31,930 bases of DNA from an uncultured Clostridia bacterium (GTDB lineage Bacteria > Bacillota > Clostridia > TANB77 > CAG-508), in NCBI GenBank assembly GCA_947630235.1, contig CANRGN010000022.1:1-31930 (forward strand), written 5' to 3'. Position numbers and translations under genes: made by a program. This document shows, in pieces, positions 8,416-18,709 of the stretch. How positions within the stretch are numbered: position 1 is the first letter of the stretch; each line of letters begins with the position of its first letter. The notes under the pieces were generated by a model that was not told the origin of the DNA, made no database searches, and saw only the letters and a list, made by a program, of their open reading frames with translations.

Positions 8416-9294
8416 TTATTCCTCCTCAGTTTTAAACACTTTATATACAAGTACTCTTTCACCTATAGATAATAAATTACTTAAAAACCAATATAAAGCA
8501 AGACCCAAAGGTGCAATTAGTGCTATACTAACTGTCATAATTGGCATCATTAAACTCATATTTTTGTTCATCTGCTCCATCATTTCAGCTGTATCAACAT
8601 CTTCATTATTATCAACTTTTTTTGGTAAATTAGTTTTAATATTTTTCTTTTCCTCTTTATTTTTTTTACTCGAATTTAAAGCTGTTGTTATTTTCATTGA
8701 TGCAATTGAGGTTATTACATATAATATAGGAATTATAAATACTTTAGGATCTTTATAATCTTGTGTTGGTACTGAACTTAAATTCAAGCCTAAAAAATCC
8801 ATATTAATATTTATTTTATTATCCTCATTTCCAAATCTATTTATTACAGCAATTTCTGGATATCTAAGTGTATTATTATTACTTTCTTGAGATTCTTTTT
8901 GAATAGTGGTTATATAACTATTTATTTCCTCTGGATTCATATTTAACATATATGTTAAAGGTCTACTAACTAAATAAAACATTGATAAAATAACAATAAA
9001 TTGAAAAATTGTACTTAAACATCCACTAAATGGATTCATATTTTCTTTTTTATATAAATCCATAATTTCTTGATTCATTCTTGTAGGATCACTTGAATAT
9101 TTATCTTGTATTTCTCTTACTTTACCTTGTATATACGCAGATTTTTTCATAGTTTTTTGTTGTTTTAACGTTATTGGTAATAAAACTAATTTTAAAATAA
9201 CAGTAAAAATAATTATAGCTAAACCATAATTATTAACAATACCATAAATAAAATTTAAAACGAAGCCAAAAATTTTTGCACAGAATTTAAGCAT
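8416..9294 (-). CDS. yidC: Membrane protein insertase YidC/SpoIIIJ-type
   Basis: 292 aa and polytopic, with the motif LLPITLKQQKTMK. It has a long K/E-rich cytoplasmic loop and sits in the yidD-yidC-jag context. Confidence 0.9.
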   Translation of the reverse strand: MLKFCAKIFGFVLNFIYGIVNNYGLAIIIFTVILKLVLLPITLKQQKTMKKSAYIQGKVREIQDKYSSDPTRMNQEIMDLYKKENMNPFSGCLSTIFQFIVILSMFYLVSRPLTYMLNMNPEEINSYITTIQKESQESNNNTLRYPEIAVINRFGNEDNKININMDFLGLNLSSVPTQDYKDPKVFIIPILYVITSIASMKITTALNSSKKNKEEKKNIKTNLPKKVDNNEDVDTAEMMEQMNKNMSLMMPIMTVSIALIAPLGLALYWFLSNLLSIGERVLVYKVFKTEEE

Positions 9295-9303
9295 ATTTCC
9301 TCC

Positions 9304-9522
9304 TTATTTTAAAGGATCATATCCACCTTTTGAAAATGGATTACATCTCAAAATTCGCTTAATTGCTAGGATACTACCTTTTTTCGTGCCATATTTTTTT
9401 ATAGCTTGTTTTGCATATTCAGAACATGTTGGTTCATACTTACAATGAACTCCATTTGCTTCTAAAAACAAAGAAATATGTTTTTTATAAAAATCTATCA
9501 TTTTTAGTAATATTTTATTCAT
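9304..9522 (-). CDS. yidD: Membrane protein insertion efficiency factor YidD
   Basis: 72 aa with the signature [11 protein letters not shown]. It overlaps the rnpA stop by 8 nt. Confidence 0.9.
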   Translation of the reverse strand: MNKILLKMIDFYKKHISLFLEANGVHCKYEPTCSEYAKQAIKKYGTKKGSILAIKRILRCNPFSKGGYDPLK

Positions 9523-9859
9523 CTAAAATTCCTGCCTTTTTAAATGTTTTTTCCATATTATCTTTAATATCATAATATGAAATTTTCGAAATATCTTTAT
9601 TTTTATTACCAACAAATAAAATAGAATTTCCTTCTTTCAAATTATTTTCTAATAATTTATAAGATTCTCGAATTAATCTTTTAAAATGATTTCTTTTTAC
9701 AGCTTTTCCCTGCTTTTTAGAAACTGCAATTCCTATTTTGTTAAAATTACAATTGTTTTTCGTTATATATATATGAATATATTCTCCATGAAAAAATTTG
9801 CCCTTATTAAACAAAGTTTTAAATTCATAATTTTTCTTTATAACAATTGTTTTTTTCAC
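9515..9859 (-). CDS. rnpA: Ribonuclease P protein component
   Basis: 114 aa with the basic RNR-type motif [14 protein letters not shown]. It lies downstream of rpmH. Confidence 0.9.
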   Translation of the reverse strand: MKKTIVIKKNYEFKTLFNKGKFFHGEYIHIYITKNNCNFNKIGIAVSKKQGKAVKRNHFKRLIRESYKLLENNLKEGNSILFVGNKNKDISKISYYDIKDNMEKTFKKAGILDE

Positions 9860-9904
9860 AATAGAACCATCCTTAATTTTAAAATAAAGAATTTTGTTTT
9901 AAAA

Positions 9905-9925
9905 AAAGGGCATTCTTAGCCCCTC
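9905..9925 (-). terminator. Weak hairpin plus T-run between rpmH and rnpA, a possible attenuator
   Basis: The minus strand reads GGGGCTAAGAATGCCCTTTTTTT. The GC stem is only 4-5 bp, so the call is weak. Confidence 0.3.
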
Positions 9926-9930
9926 TATTT

Positions 9931-10065
9931 TTAAGCACAAATTGATTTTCTTCCTTTATTTCTTCTTGCTTTTAAAACTTTTCTGCCAGCTCTAGTTTGC
10001 ATTCTTTTTCTAAATCCATGAACTTTATTTCTTTGTCTCTTTTTTGGTTGATATGTTCTTTTCAT
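9931..10065 (-). CDS. rpmH: 50S ribosomal protein L34 (not in the supplied ORF track)
   Basis: The reverse complement translates to [44 protein letters not shown]. The SD GGAGGTG lies upstream on the minus strand. It has the classic divergent position next to dnaA. Confidence 0.92.
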   Translation of the reverse strand: MKRTYQPKKRQRNKVHGFRKRMQTRAGRKVLKARRNKGRKSICA

Positions 10066-10246
10066 TTTGCTACACCTCCAATTTATATAATATATTTTTT
10101 ACTTTTTAAATACAAGCATTAGAATTATACTAAAAATAACCATAAAAGTCAACCTTAATTACAGAATTTCTTAGAAATCCGTAGAGCCAGAGGTGAACCA
10201 AAGGGCTCCATAAAAATTTTTTTCAAAAAAACATTTTCTTTTTCTA

Positions 10247-10275
10247 TTGATATTTATTTTCATTTTTGATATTAT
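10247..10275 (+). promoter_or_regulatory. Candidate sigma-A promoter of dnaA
   Basis: TTGATA (10247-10252), a 17-nt spacer ending in TGA, then TATTAT (10270-10275), an extended -10-like arrangement. Confidence 0.4.
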
Positions 10276-10307
10276 ATGGATACAAATAGACTTTGTATTT
10301 CCCTAGT

Positions 10308-10385
10308 TTTTCCACAGCATTGTGCACAAAAAAAGCCTTATATTTCAATATTTTTAAAATAGGCTGTGGATAACCTTGTGGATAA
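10308..10385. promoter_or_regulatory. oriC DnaA-box cluster upstream of dnaA
   Basis: TTTTCCACA (10308-10316) and two perfect TGTGGATAA boxes (10365-10373 and 10377-10385), plus TGTGCACAA at 10321. Confidence 0.8.
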
Positions 10386-10422
10386 AATGTTAATAATTTT
10401 TTTGAAAGGATGATTATTTTTA

Positions 10423-11775
10423 ATGTACTCTGATAAAAATGACTTACTTACAAAAGCCAAAACATTGTTACAAGATGAAATTACAGCAATATCATATTCA
10501 ACATGGATAAAAACATTAGAAATTGAGAGCGTTAATGATAATAAAATAACATTATTAGTTAATTCAAAAATGCAAAAAGATGCAATAGAATCTAGACTAT
10601 TTGATCTTGTAGTTAATGCATTTAATTTAATTACTAATAAATCTTGTGAAGTAACAATAGTTGAAAAATCAAAAGAAGTATTATCAGTTAATAAAGAGGA
10701 AAAAATTACAAACGAGAATTACACTAATACTGAAAGTTATACTAATAGCTTTTTAAATCCTAAATACACTTTTGATAATTTTGTTGTTGGTAATAGTAAT
10801 AAGTTTGCTCAAGCCGCAGCACAAGCTGTTGCAAAATCGCCAGCTACTGCTTATAATCCTTTATTTATATATGGAGGAGTGGGTCTTGGAAAAACCCATT
10901 TAATGCATGCTATAGGTAATTACATATTATCAAATAATCCATCATCAAAAATTTTATACACAACATCAGAAAAGTTTATTAACGAATTAGTAAATTCTAT
11001 AAAAGACGCTAATTATAAAAATGAATTATTTAGAAATAAATATAGAAATATTGATGTATTACTTATTGATGATATTCAATTTATCGCAGGTAAGAAAACT
11101 GGACAAGAAGAGTTTTTTCACACTTTTAATACATTACATGAAAATGGAAAACAAATAATAATCTCTAGTGATAAACCGCCAAGAGATATTCCTTTATTAG
11201 AAGAAAGATTAAAATCTAGATTTGAATGGGGAATACTTGCGGATATTTCCATGCCAGATTATGAAACTCGTTTAGCCATTTTAAGAAAAAAAGTTCAAAT
11301 AGAAAATATAATTATAGATGATTACATATTATCAGTTATAGCTACAAAAATAGATTCAAATATTAGAGAATTAGAAGGTGCATTAAATAAAATTATTGCT
11401 TATGCATCTTTAACTCATAGTCCAATTACAATAGAAATGGCAGAAAAAGCTATAAATGATATTGTTTTGCAAAAAGAAAAAATAATTTCTGCTGACTATA
11501 TACAAGAAATAGTAGCAAAATACTTTAACATAGATAAAAAAGATTTAGTTTCTAGTAAAAAATCTAACGACATTGTACATCCAAGGCAAATAGCAATGTA
11601 TTTATGTAGAGAAATTGGACAAATGTCTTTTCCTAAGATAGGAGATGAATTTGGAAAAAGAGATCATACTACGGTTATGCATGCTTACAAAAAAATTGAA
11701 AAAGAAATTAAAGAAAACACAAACACAAAATTAGTTGTGGAAAGTGTGAAAAACATTATTAATGAAACTAAATAA
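10423..11775 (+). CDS. dnaA: Chromosomal replication initiator DnaA
   Basis: 450 aa with Walker A GGVGLGKTHLMHAIG, Walker B LLIDDIQF and the C-terminal DNA-binding helix RQIAMYLCRE..HTTVMHA. Confidence 0.97.
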   Translation: MYSDKNDLLTKAKTLLQDEITAISYSTWIKTLEIESVNDNKITLLVNSKMQKDAIESRLFDLVVNAFNLITNKSCEVTIVEKSKEVLSVNKEEKITNENYTNTESYTNSFLNPKYTFDNFVVGNSNKFAQAAAQAVAKSPATAYNPLFIYGGVGLGKTHLMHAIGNYILSNNPSSKILYTTSEKFINELVNSIKDANYKNELFRNKYRNIDVLLIDDIQFIAGKKTGQEEFFHTFNTLHENGKQIIISSDKPPRDIPLLEERLKSRFEWGILADISMPDYETRLAILRKKVQIENIIIDDYILSVIATKIDSNIRELEGALNKIIAYASLTHSPITIEMAEKAINDIVLQKEKIISADYIQEIVAKYFNIDKKDLVSSKKSNDIVHPRQIAMYLCREIGQMSFPKIGDEFGKRDHTTVMHAYKKIEKEIKENTNTKLVVESVKNIINETK

Positions 11776-11886
11776 TGAAAATTGCTTTTATTTAAACCAA
11801 AAACTTAATTTATTAAAATATATGTTTTTAAAAACAAATTTTTTACAGAAGAACATGAATTAACTCTTACGGAATAGTCACATAGG

Positions 11887-12052
11887 TTATCAACACCCTT
11901 ACTGTTAATAAAGTGTATAAATAGTGTTAATAAGTGTTAATACACAAAAGAAATTTAAAACTGTGGATAAAAATTAATTTTATTCACAAAGTTATAAACA
12001 TGGTTTTTGTTAGGGAAATAAATAATTCACAGAGTTTTCCACAGAATCCACA
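11887..12052. promoter_or_regulatory. oriC DnaA-box cluster and AT-rich unwinding region between dnaA and dnaN
   Basis: TTATCAACA (11887), TGTGGATAA (11962), TTATTCACA (11980), TTTTCCACA (12035) and GAATCCACA (12044). AT-rich tracts flank them. This is the bipartite Firmicute oriC layout. Confidence 0.8.
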
Positions 12053-12107
12053 GGTCCTATAACTAATACTACTATTTATATCTATTTATTAAAAGGAGAA
12101 AAAAGAA

Positions 12108-13223
12108 ATGAAATTTATATGCGAAAAAGAAAATATTTTAAAAGCTATTAACTCTGTTATAAATGGAGTAGCTTCTAAGACAACAATGCCTATATTAGAA
12201 GGAATTTTAATTCAAACAAATAAAAACGAAATAAAATTAACATCTTATGATTTAGAAATAGGTATCGAATATATATTAGAAGCAAATATTGAAGAAGAAG
12301 GTTCAACTGTTGTAAATGCTATAATGTTTAGTGAAATAATAAGAAAACTTCCTAATAAAGAAATAAAAATAGAAATAAATTCAAACAATTTATTAGAAAT
12401 TGAATGTGAAGGTTCTTTATATAAATTATCAACAATGAATCCAGAAGAATTTCCAGAACTTCCAAAAATAGATATTGATAATTCTATAGAAATAGAACAA
12501 AATATTTTAAAAAATATGATTAGAAAAACAATATTTGCTGTAAGTACAGAAGAAAAAAGGCCAATATTTACAGGTTGTTTATTTGAAATAACAAATAAAA
12601 ACTTAAATGTTGTTGCGGTAGATGGATATAGAATGGCAATAAAAAAAGCTTCTGTTAATACAACAGCAAATGATTTTAGTTGTGTAATACCTGGAAAAAC
12701 TTTAAATGAAGTAAATAAAATAATTGCAGATTCATTTGATATAGTAAAAATAGGAGTATCTAAAAATCAAGCTTTATTTGAAATGGATAATTGTAAAATA
12801 GTAACTAGATTATTAGATGGAGAATTTTTAAAATATCAAAATGCAATACCATCTAATTGGGAAACAAGAATAAAAGTTAATAAAAATGAAATTCAAAATT
12901 GTTTTGATAGAATTCTTTTAATATCTGCATCTGCAATAGAAAAAGAAAAAAGATATCCTGTAAAAATAAATATTGAAGTAGGCAAAGTTATAATATCTTG
13001 TGCAAATCAAACTGGAGATGCTAAAGAAGAAATGTATATTGAAACAGAAGGTAAAGAATTGGAGATTGGCTTTAATCCGAAATTCTTTATAGATGCATTA
13101 AAAGTTATTGATGATGAAGAAGTATATATTGAATTTGGAACAAATAGATCACCTTCAATAATAAAACCAGTTGGCGAAGGCGATTATATATATATGATAC
13201 TTCCAATAAAAATGAAGGAATAG
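12108..13223 (+). CDS. dnaN: DNA polymerase III beta sliding clamp
   Basis: 371 aa with the position after dnaA, a typical N-terminus (MKF.C.K..L...I..V) and the VDGYRMA motif. Confidence 0.95.
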   Translation: MKFICEKENILKAINSVINGVASKTTMPILEGILIQTNKNEIKLTSYDLEIGIEYILEANIEEEGSTVVNAIMFSEIIRKLPNKEIKIEINSNNLLEIECEGSLYKLSTMNPEEFPELPKIDIDNSIEIEQNILKNMIRKTIFAVSTEEKRPIFTGCLFEITNKNLNVVAVDGYRMAIKKASVNTTANDFSCVIPGKTLNEVNKIIADSFDIVKIGVSKNQALFEMDNCKIVTRLLDGEFLKYQNAIPSNWETRIKVNKNEIQNCFDRILLISASAIEKEKRYPVKINIEVGKVIISCANQTGDAKEEMYIETEGKELEIGFNPKFFIDALKVIDDEEVYIEFGTNRSPSIIKPVGEGDYIYMILPIKMKE

Positions 13224-13255
13224 TTATCCACATTTTGGTAACAAAAAGTGGATAA
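13224..13255. promoter_or_regulatory. Convergent pair of DnaA boxes (TTATCCACA ... AGTGGATAA) forming an 8-bp inverted repeat
   Basis: A perfect box at 13224-13232 and a near-perfect reverse box at 13247-13255, in the 43-nt dnaN-recF spacer. Confidence 0.6.
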
Positions 13256-13266
13256 AGGATAATGAA

Positions 13267-14334
13267 ATGTACATAAAGAAAATTACTTTAACAGATTTTA
13301 GAAATTATGAAAATCAAGAAATTGTTTTTGATAAAAATTTAAATATTATATATGGAAATAATGCTCAAGGAAAAACCAATATTTTAGAAGCAATATTTTT
13401 AGTTGCAATGGGGAAGTCTTTTAGAGCAAAAAAAGATAAAGAACTTATAAAATTTGGAAAAAATCTTGCTAAAGTTGAAGTTGAATATCAAACCATAGAT
13501 AGAGATGGCAAGATAACTGCAATTATAGAAGATAAAAAAAATTTCTTTATAAATGGAGTTAAGCAAAATAAAATTAGTGATATTATTGGAAAAATAAATG
13601 TTGTTATTTTTACTCCAAACGATATTGATATAATTAAAGAAGGTCCAGATGTTAGAAGAAGATTTTTAGATATGATGATTAGTTCTTTAAAGCCCAATTA
13701 TATACATATATTAAATAATTATAATAAAACATTAGAACAAAGAAATACATATTTAAGACAAATTAAATATGAAAATAAACCTAAAAAAATGTTAGATATA
13801 TGGGATGAAAGCTTATCTAATTTAGCAGAACAAGTTTATAAATATCGTGAAAATTATGTTAACAAAATTGCGATTAAAATAAAAGATATCCACAAAATGA
13901 TAACAAAAAGTGGAAAAGTAGATGAAGATATTTCAATAAAATATATATCTAATTGTAAAGATAAAAATATTTTTTTAGAAAATTTAAAAAAAGCTAGAGA
14001 ACTTGATGTTTCTAGAGGCTTTACTTCTTTGGGAATTCATAGAGACGATTTAATAATTTATATAAACAATATGCCAGTAAAAGTATTTGGTTCTCAAGGG
14101 CAACAAAGAACTTCTGTATTATCTTTAAAATTAACAGAACTTAATATTGTTAAAGAGGAAATTGGTGAGAGTCCAATATTATTATTAGATGATTTTATGT
14201 CTGAATTAGATAATAATAGAAGACAAAGTTTTTTAGAAAAAATAGATGGAAATCAAGTTATTATTACATGTACTGATAAAATAGAAAACACTAATAGTTA
14301 TTTTGTAGAAAGTGGTGTTTGCAAAAAAGAATAG
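13267..14334 (+). CDS. recF: DNA replication and repair protein RecF
   Basis: 355 aa with Walker A GNNAQGKTNILEA, the signature SQGQQRT and Walker B LLLDDFMSELD. Confidence 0.95.
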   Translation: MYIKKITLTDFRNYENQEIVFDKNLNIIYGNNAQGKTNILEAIFLVAMGKSFRAKKDKELIKFGKNLAKVEVEYQTIDRDGKITAIIEDKKNFFINGVKQNKISDIIGKINVVIFTPNDIDIIKEGPDVRRRFLDMMISSLKPNYIHILNNYNKTLEQRNTYLRQIKYENKPKKMLDIWDESLSNLAEQVYKYRENYVNKIAIKIKDIHKMITKSGKVDEDISIKYISNCKDKNIFLENLKKARELDVSRGFTSLGIHRDDLIIYINNMPVKVFGSQGQQRTSVLSLKLTELNIVKEEIGESPILLLDDFMSELDNNRRQSFLEKIDGNQVIITCTDKIENTNSYFVESGVCKKE

Positions 14335-16272
<1,938 letters not shown>

Positions 16273-16278
16273 ATAACA

Positions 16279-16307
16279 GAAAACCCCCAAGTTAGGGGGT
16301 TTTCTTT
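16279..16307 (+). terminator. Rho-independent terminator of gyrB
   Basis: GAAAACCCCC-AAGTTA-GGGGGTTTTC followed by TTT, 7 nt after the gyrB stop. Confidence 0.9.
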
Positions 16308-16901
16308 ATAAAGTTTATAATGACTTTCAGCTAAGCATATATTTCCAAATATTTCACTCTAATATATATTACTATATAACTAGAATTAATACCTAAAAAT
16401 ATACACAGTTGCTAGAACATAAATGCACCAATGGCAGTTAAATTCGTCCTATTAAAGGATTATAATTAACAACGTATAATGCAAATATATTCATGACTTC
16501 GAATATTTTTCTAAAATTTTACTTCTTGTAATCTATAATCAAGAAATATACTCCTAAAAAAATACTTTTAACGAAGACTAATAATATCTAAATTAGATAT
16601 TACTAATCAGTTGCTCGACTCATATATAATCATAATAGATTATATACGAATCTAAGTTAGGCCAATATAAACCTTACAATAGTATTATATGATTAATTTA
16701 AATTTTTATTCTTTTTTTTTTAATTTTTTTCTTTTTCTATTCCTAATATATTTAAACCGTATTTTAAATCACTTATTTTTTTTCAGAATTAATTCTTTTT
16801 GCTATTTTTAATATACTTTTTTAACACAATTTTTTTCAAAAATGACCTATGAAAAATTTACTTTATACTTTTCAATAATTTTTACTGTCAAACTTAAAAA
16901 A

Positions 16902-17812
16902 ATATCCACTTTTTTTCTAATTCTAATTATATTTCTAAAAAAACTTTAATGTGGAAAACTATATTTTTTTTAATAAATTTAGGTTGTGGAAATCTTATTT
17001 TTGAAAAATAATGTGTATAAATATTTTTTCACTGTGAATAAAAATTTAATAAAAAAATTTTTAAAAAATTAAATTATTAAAAAATATATTTTTCAAAAAG
17101 CCAAAAATAAGAAAAAATTATAGCTTAAAAGACAAGATGAAAAATTTGGAAATTTAAAATTTAAAGAAATGTTTGTTTTATAATATCGAAAATTCGATTT
17201 ACATAAATATTTTAGACTTTTTCTTTTTGACAATTCAAAATTAAGAAGCAAAATTTAAATAATAAATAAAAAAAGAAAATATGATAATTAAATTTAGAAA
17301 AAATTTTGGAAAAAATTAATAAAAAAAATAATTATAAAAAATTTTTTCTATTTAATTAATTATGTAAAATTAAATTGTAAAAAAATTGAAATATTTAAAT
17401 ATCAACAGTTAAAGTTGTGGAAATCTATTATGCGTAAGAAAAAAATATTAAGTTTACAATAATTTTAAGAAATAAATAATAGTGAAGTTATAAAAAAATA
17501 TATACCAGATAAAAAAATATGATAAAAATATAAAAACAAGAAAATTATTTACAAAAAGACAATTAAAAAGTCTTTAAAATAAATAATTTTATATTTTAAA
17601 ATTTTTATAAAAATAATTTGAAAATATAAAATTATTTTTATAAAAACATGAAAAAAATTGATGCTTAAAAAAAGTTTTTTTATAATCAAATTTAGCTTTA
17701 TATAAATTAATTTGAAAATTTGAAATTATTTTTTAAAAAAATTTTTTCAAGTAATTGTTAATAAATTTTGAATAAATAAAAATAATTATCCACAAAGAAC
17801 AATAGTGGATAT
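16902..17812. promoter_or_regulatory. Cluster of at least 7 DnaA-box-like motifs inside a 1.7 kb AT-rich non-coding spacer
   Basis: ATATCCACT (16902), TGTGGAAAA (16950), TGTGGAAAT (16985), TGTGAATAA (17033), TGTGGAAAT (17416), a perfect TTATCCACA (17786) and AGTGGATAT (17804). The 13-mer GTTGTGGAAATCT is repeated exactly at 16983 and 17414. Confidence 0.55.
17602..17646. repeat. Perfect 18-bp inverted repeat with a 9-nt loop
   Basis: TTTTTATAAAAATAATTT (17602-17619) and AAATTATTTTTATAAAAA (17629-17646), loop GAAAATATA. Confidence 0.8.
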
Positions 17813-17857
17813 TTTTTATGTAATATTGCAAAGTCCACGTTAAATTGTTCGCGCGAC
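17813..17857. repeat. Solo copy of the repeat-family core immediately upstream of T4SS module 1
   Basis: TTTTTATGTAATATTGCAAAGTCCACGTTAAATTGTTCGCGCGAC aligns with ..ATATACTGCAAAGTCTAAGTTAAATTGTTCGTGCAAC of the tandem units at 2591 and 2726. Confidence 0.6.
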
Positions 17858-17976
17858 AATTTTTAAAATTGTGTGCAATGATTTTATTCAGTCTATTTAC
17901 AGAAAACTTTCCAACTTAATAAAAAATAATCAAAAAAGAATGTTTAAAATTTTTTTGATTTTTTGACAAAAGAATA

Positions 17977-18005
17977 TTGACAACTATATCGGAATGATAT
18001 ATTAT
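17977..18005 (+). promoter_or_regulatory. Candidate sigma-A promoter of T4SS module 1
   Basis: TTGACA (17977-17982), a 17-nt spacer, then TATTAT (18000-18005). A second TTGACA lies at 17963. Confidence 0.5.
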
Positions 18006-18599
18006 AAAATAAATTTTACGAAAGGAGGTTTAAACATAAAAAATTTTGAGTCAACTCAAAATTGGTTGCCATACGATAAAATTTTTAATAATGGAATAAT
18101 ATTATATAAAAATTATTATTTAAAATTAATAAAAGTTATTCCTATCAATTATGATTTAAAATCTAATCTAGAAAAAGAAGCTATTTTAAATTCTTATAAA
18201 ATTTTTTTAAAAACTTGTAATTTTGATTCTCAAATTTTAATTCAAAGTAAAAAAGAAAATTTATCTAAACATTTTTCCAAATTAAAAGAAATTGAAAATA
18301 CCTATATTGATAAGAATGTTGAACAAATTTATAAAAATTACTATTCTTATATTTTAGAGTTAAATAAAAATAATAAATCTTCATCTAAAAATTTTTATAT
18401 TATTATAAAGTATAAATTAGAAAGTTTTAAATTAGAAGATTGCAATAGAGATAAAGAAGCTACAGTAAATTTAAATGATATGTATTTTAAAATAAAAGAA
18501 TGTTTATCTAGATGTGGCAATTCAATTTTTGATGTAAATACTAAAGAGGAAGTAGAAGAGATATTTTATTCCTTCTACAATTTAAGACTAAATTTATAA
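17994..18599 (+). CDS. VirB4-family N-terminal domain expressed as a separate ORF (first part of a split conjugative ATPase)
   Basis: NWLPYDKIFNNGIILYKNYYLKLIKVIPINYDLKSNLEKEAILNSYKIFL matches the characteristic N-terminus of Gram-positive VirB4/TcpF/Orf16-type ATPases. The ATG at 17994 has no SD and lies inside the predicted promoter. A strong SD, AAAGGAGG (18021-18028), is followed after 7 nt by an in-frame ATA at 18036, so the true start is probably there. Confidence 0.6.
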   Translation: MIYYKINFTKGGLNIKNFESTQNWLPYDKIFNNGIILYKNYYLKLIKVIPINYDLKSNLEKEAILNSYKIFLKTCNFDSQILIQSKKENLSKHFSKLKEIENTYIDKNVEQIYKNYYSYILELNKNNKSSSKNFYIIIKYKLESFKLEDCNRDKEATVNLNDMYFKIKECLSRCGNSIFDVNTKEEVEEIFYSFYNLRLNL

Positions 18600-18709
18600 A
18601 CGAAAGGAGAATTATTGCGGATTTTTTAAAAGGAAGTTTTAAAGCGAAAGATAAAATTGCTCCAAGTTATATCAGTAATCTAAATCCCAAATATTTAGAA
18701 ATTGATAGT

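Noticed and set aside
10180-10225. Hairpin GAGCC..GGCTC followed by a T-run upstream of dnaA, as a plus-strand terminator or RNA element
   Set aside because: The stem is only 5 bp, and no upstream plus-strand gene exists for it to terminate. It lies in the rpmH/dnaA divergent promoter region, so the evidence is insufficient.
16308-17993. Protein-coding potential or an alternative genetic code in the 1.7 kb spacer
   Set aside because: There is no ORF of 60 codons or more in any frame, and the stops are mostly TAA and TAG, so TGA reassignment would not open frames. Neighbouring genes use TGG for Trp, and the Rpn gene ends in TGA.
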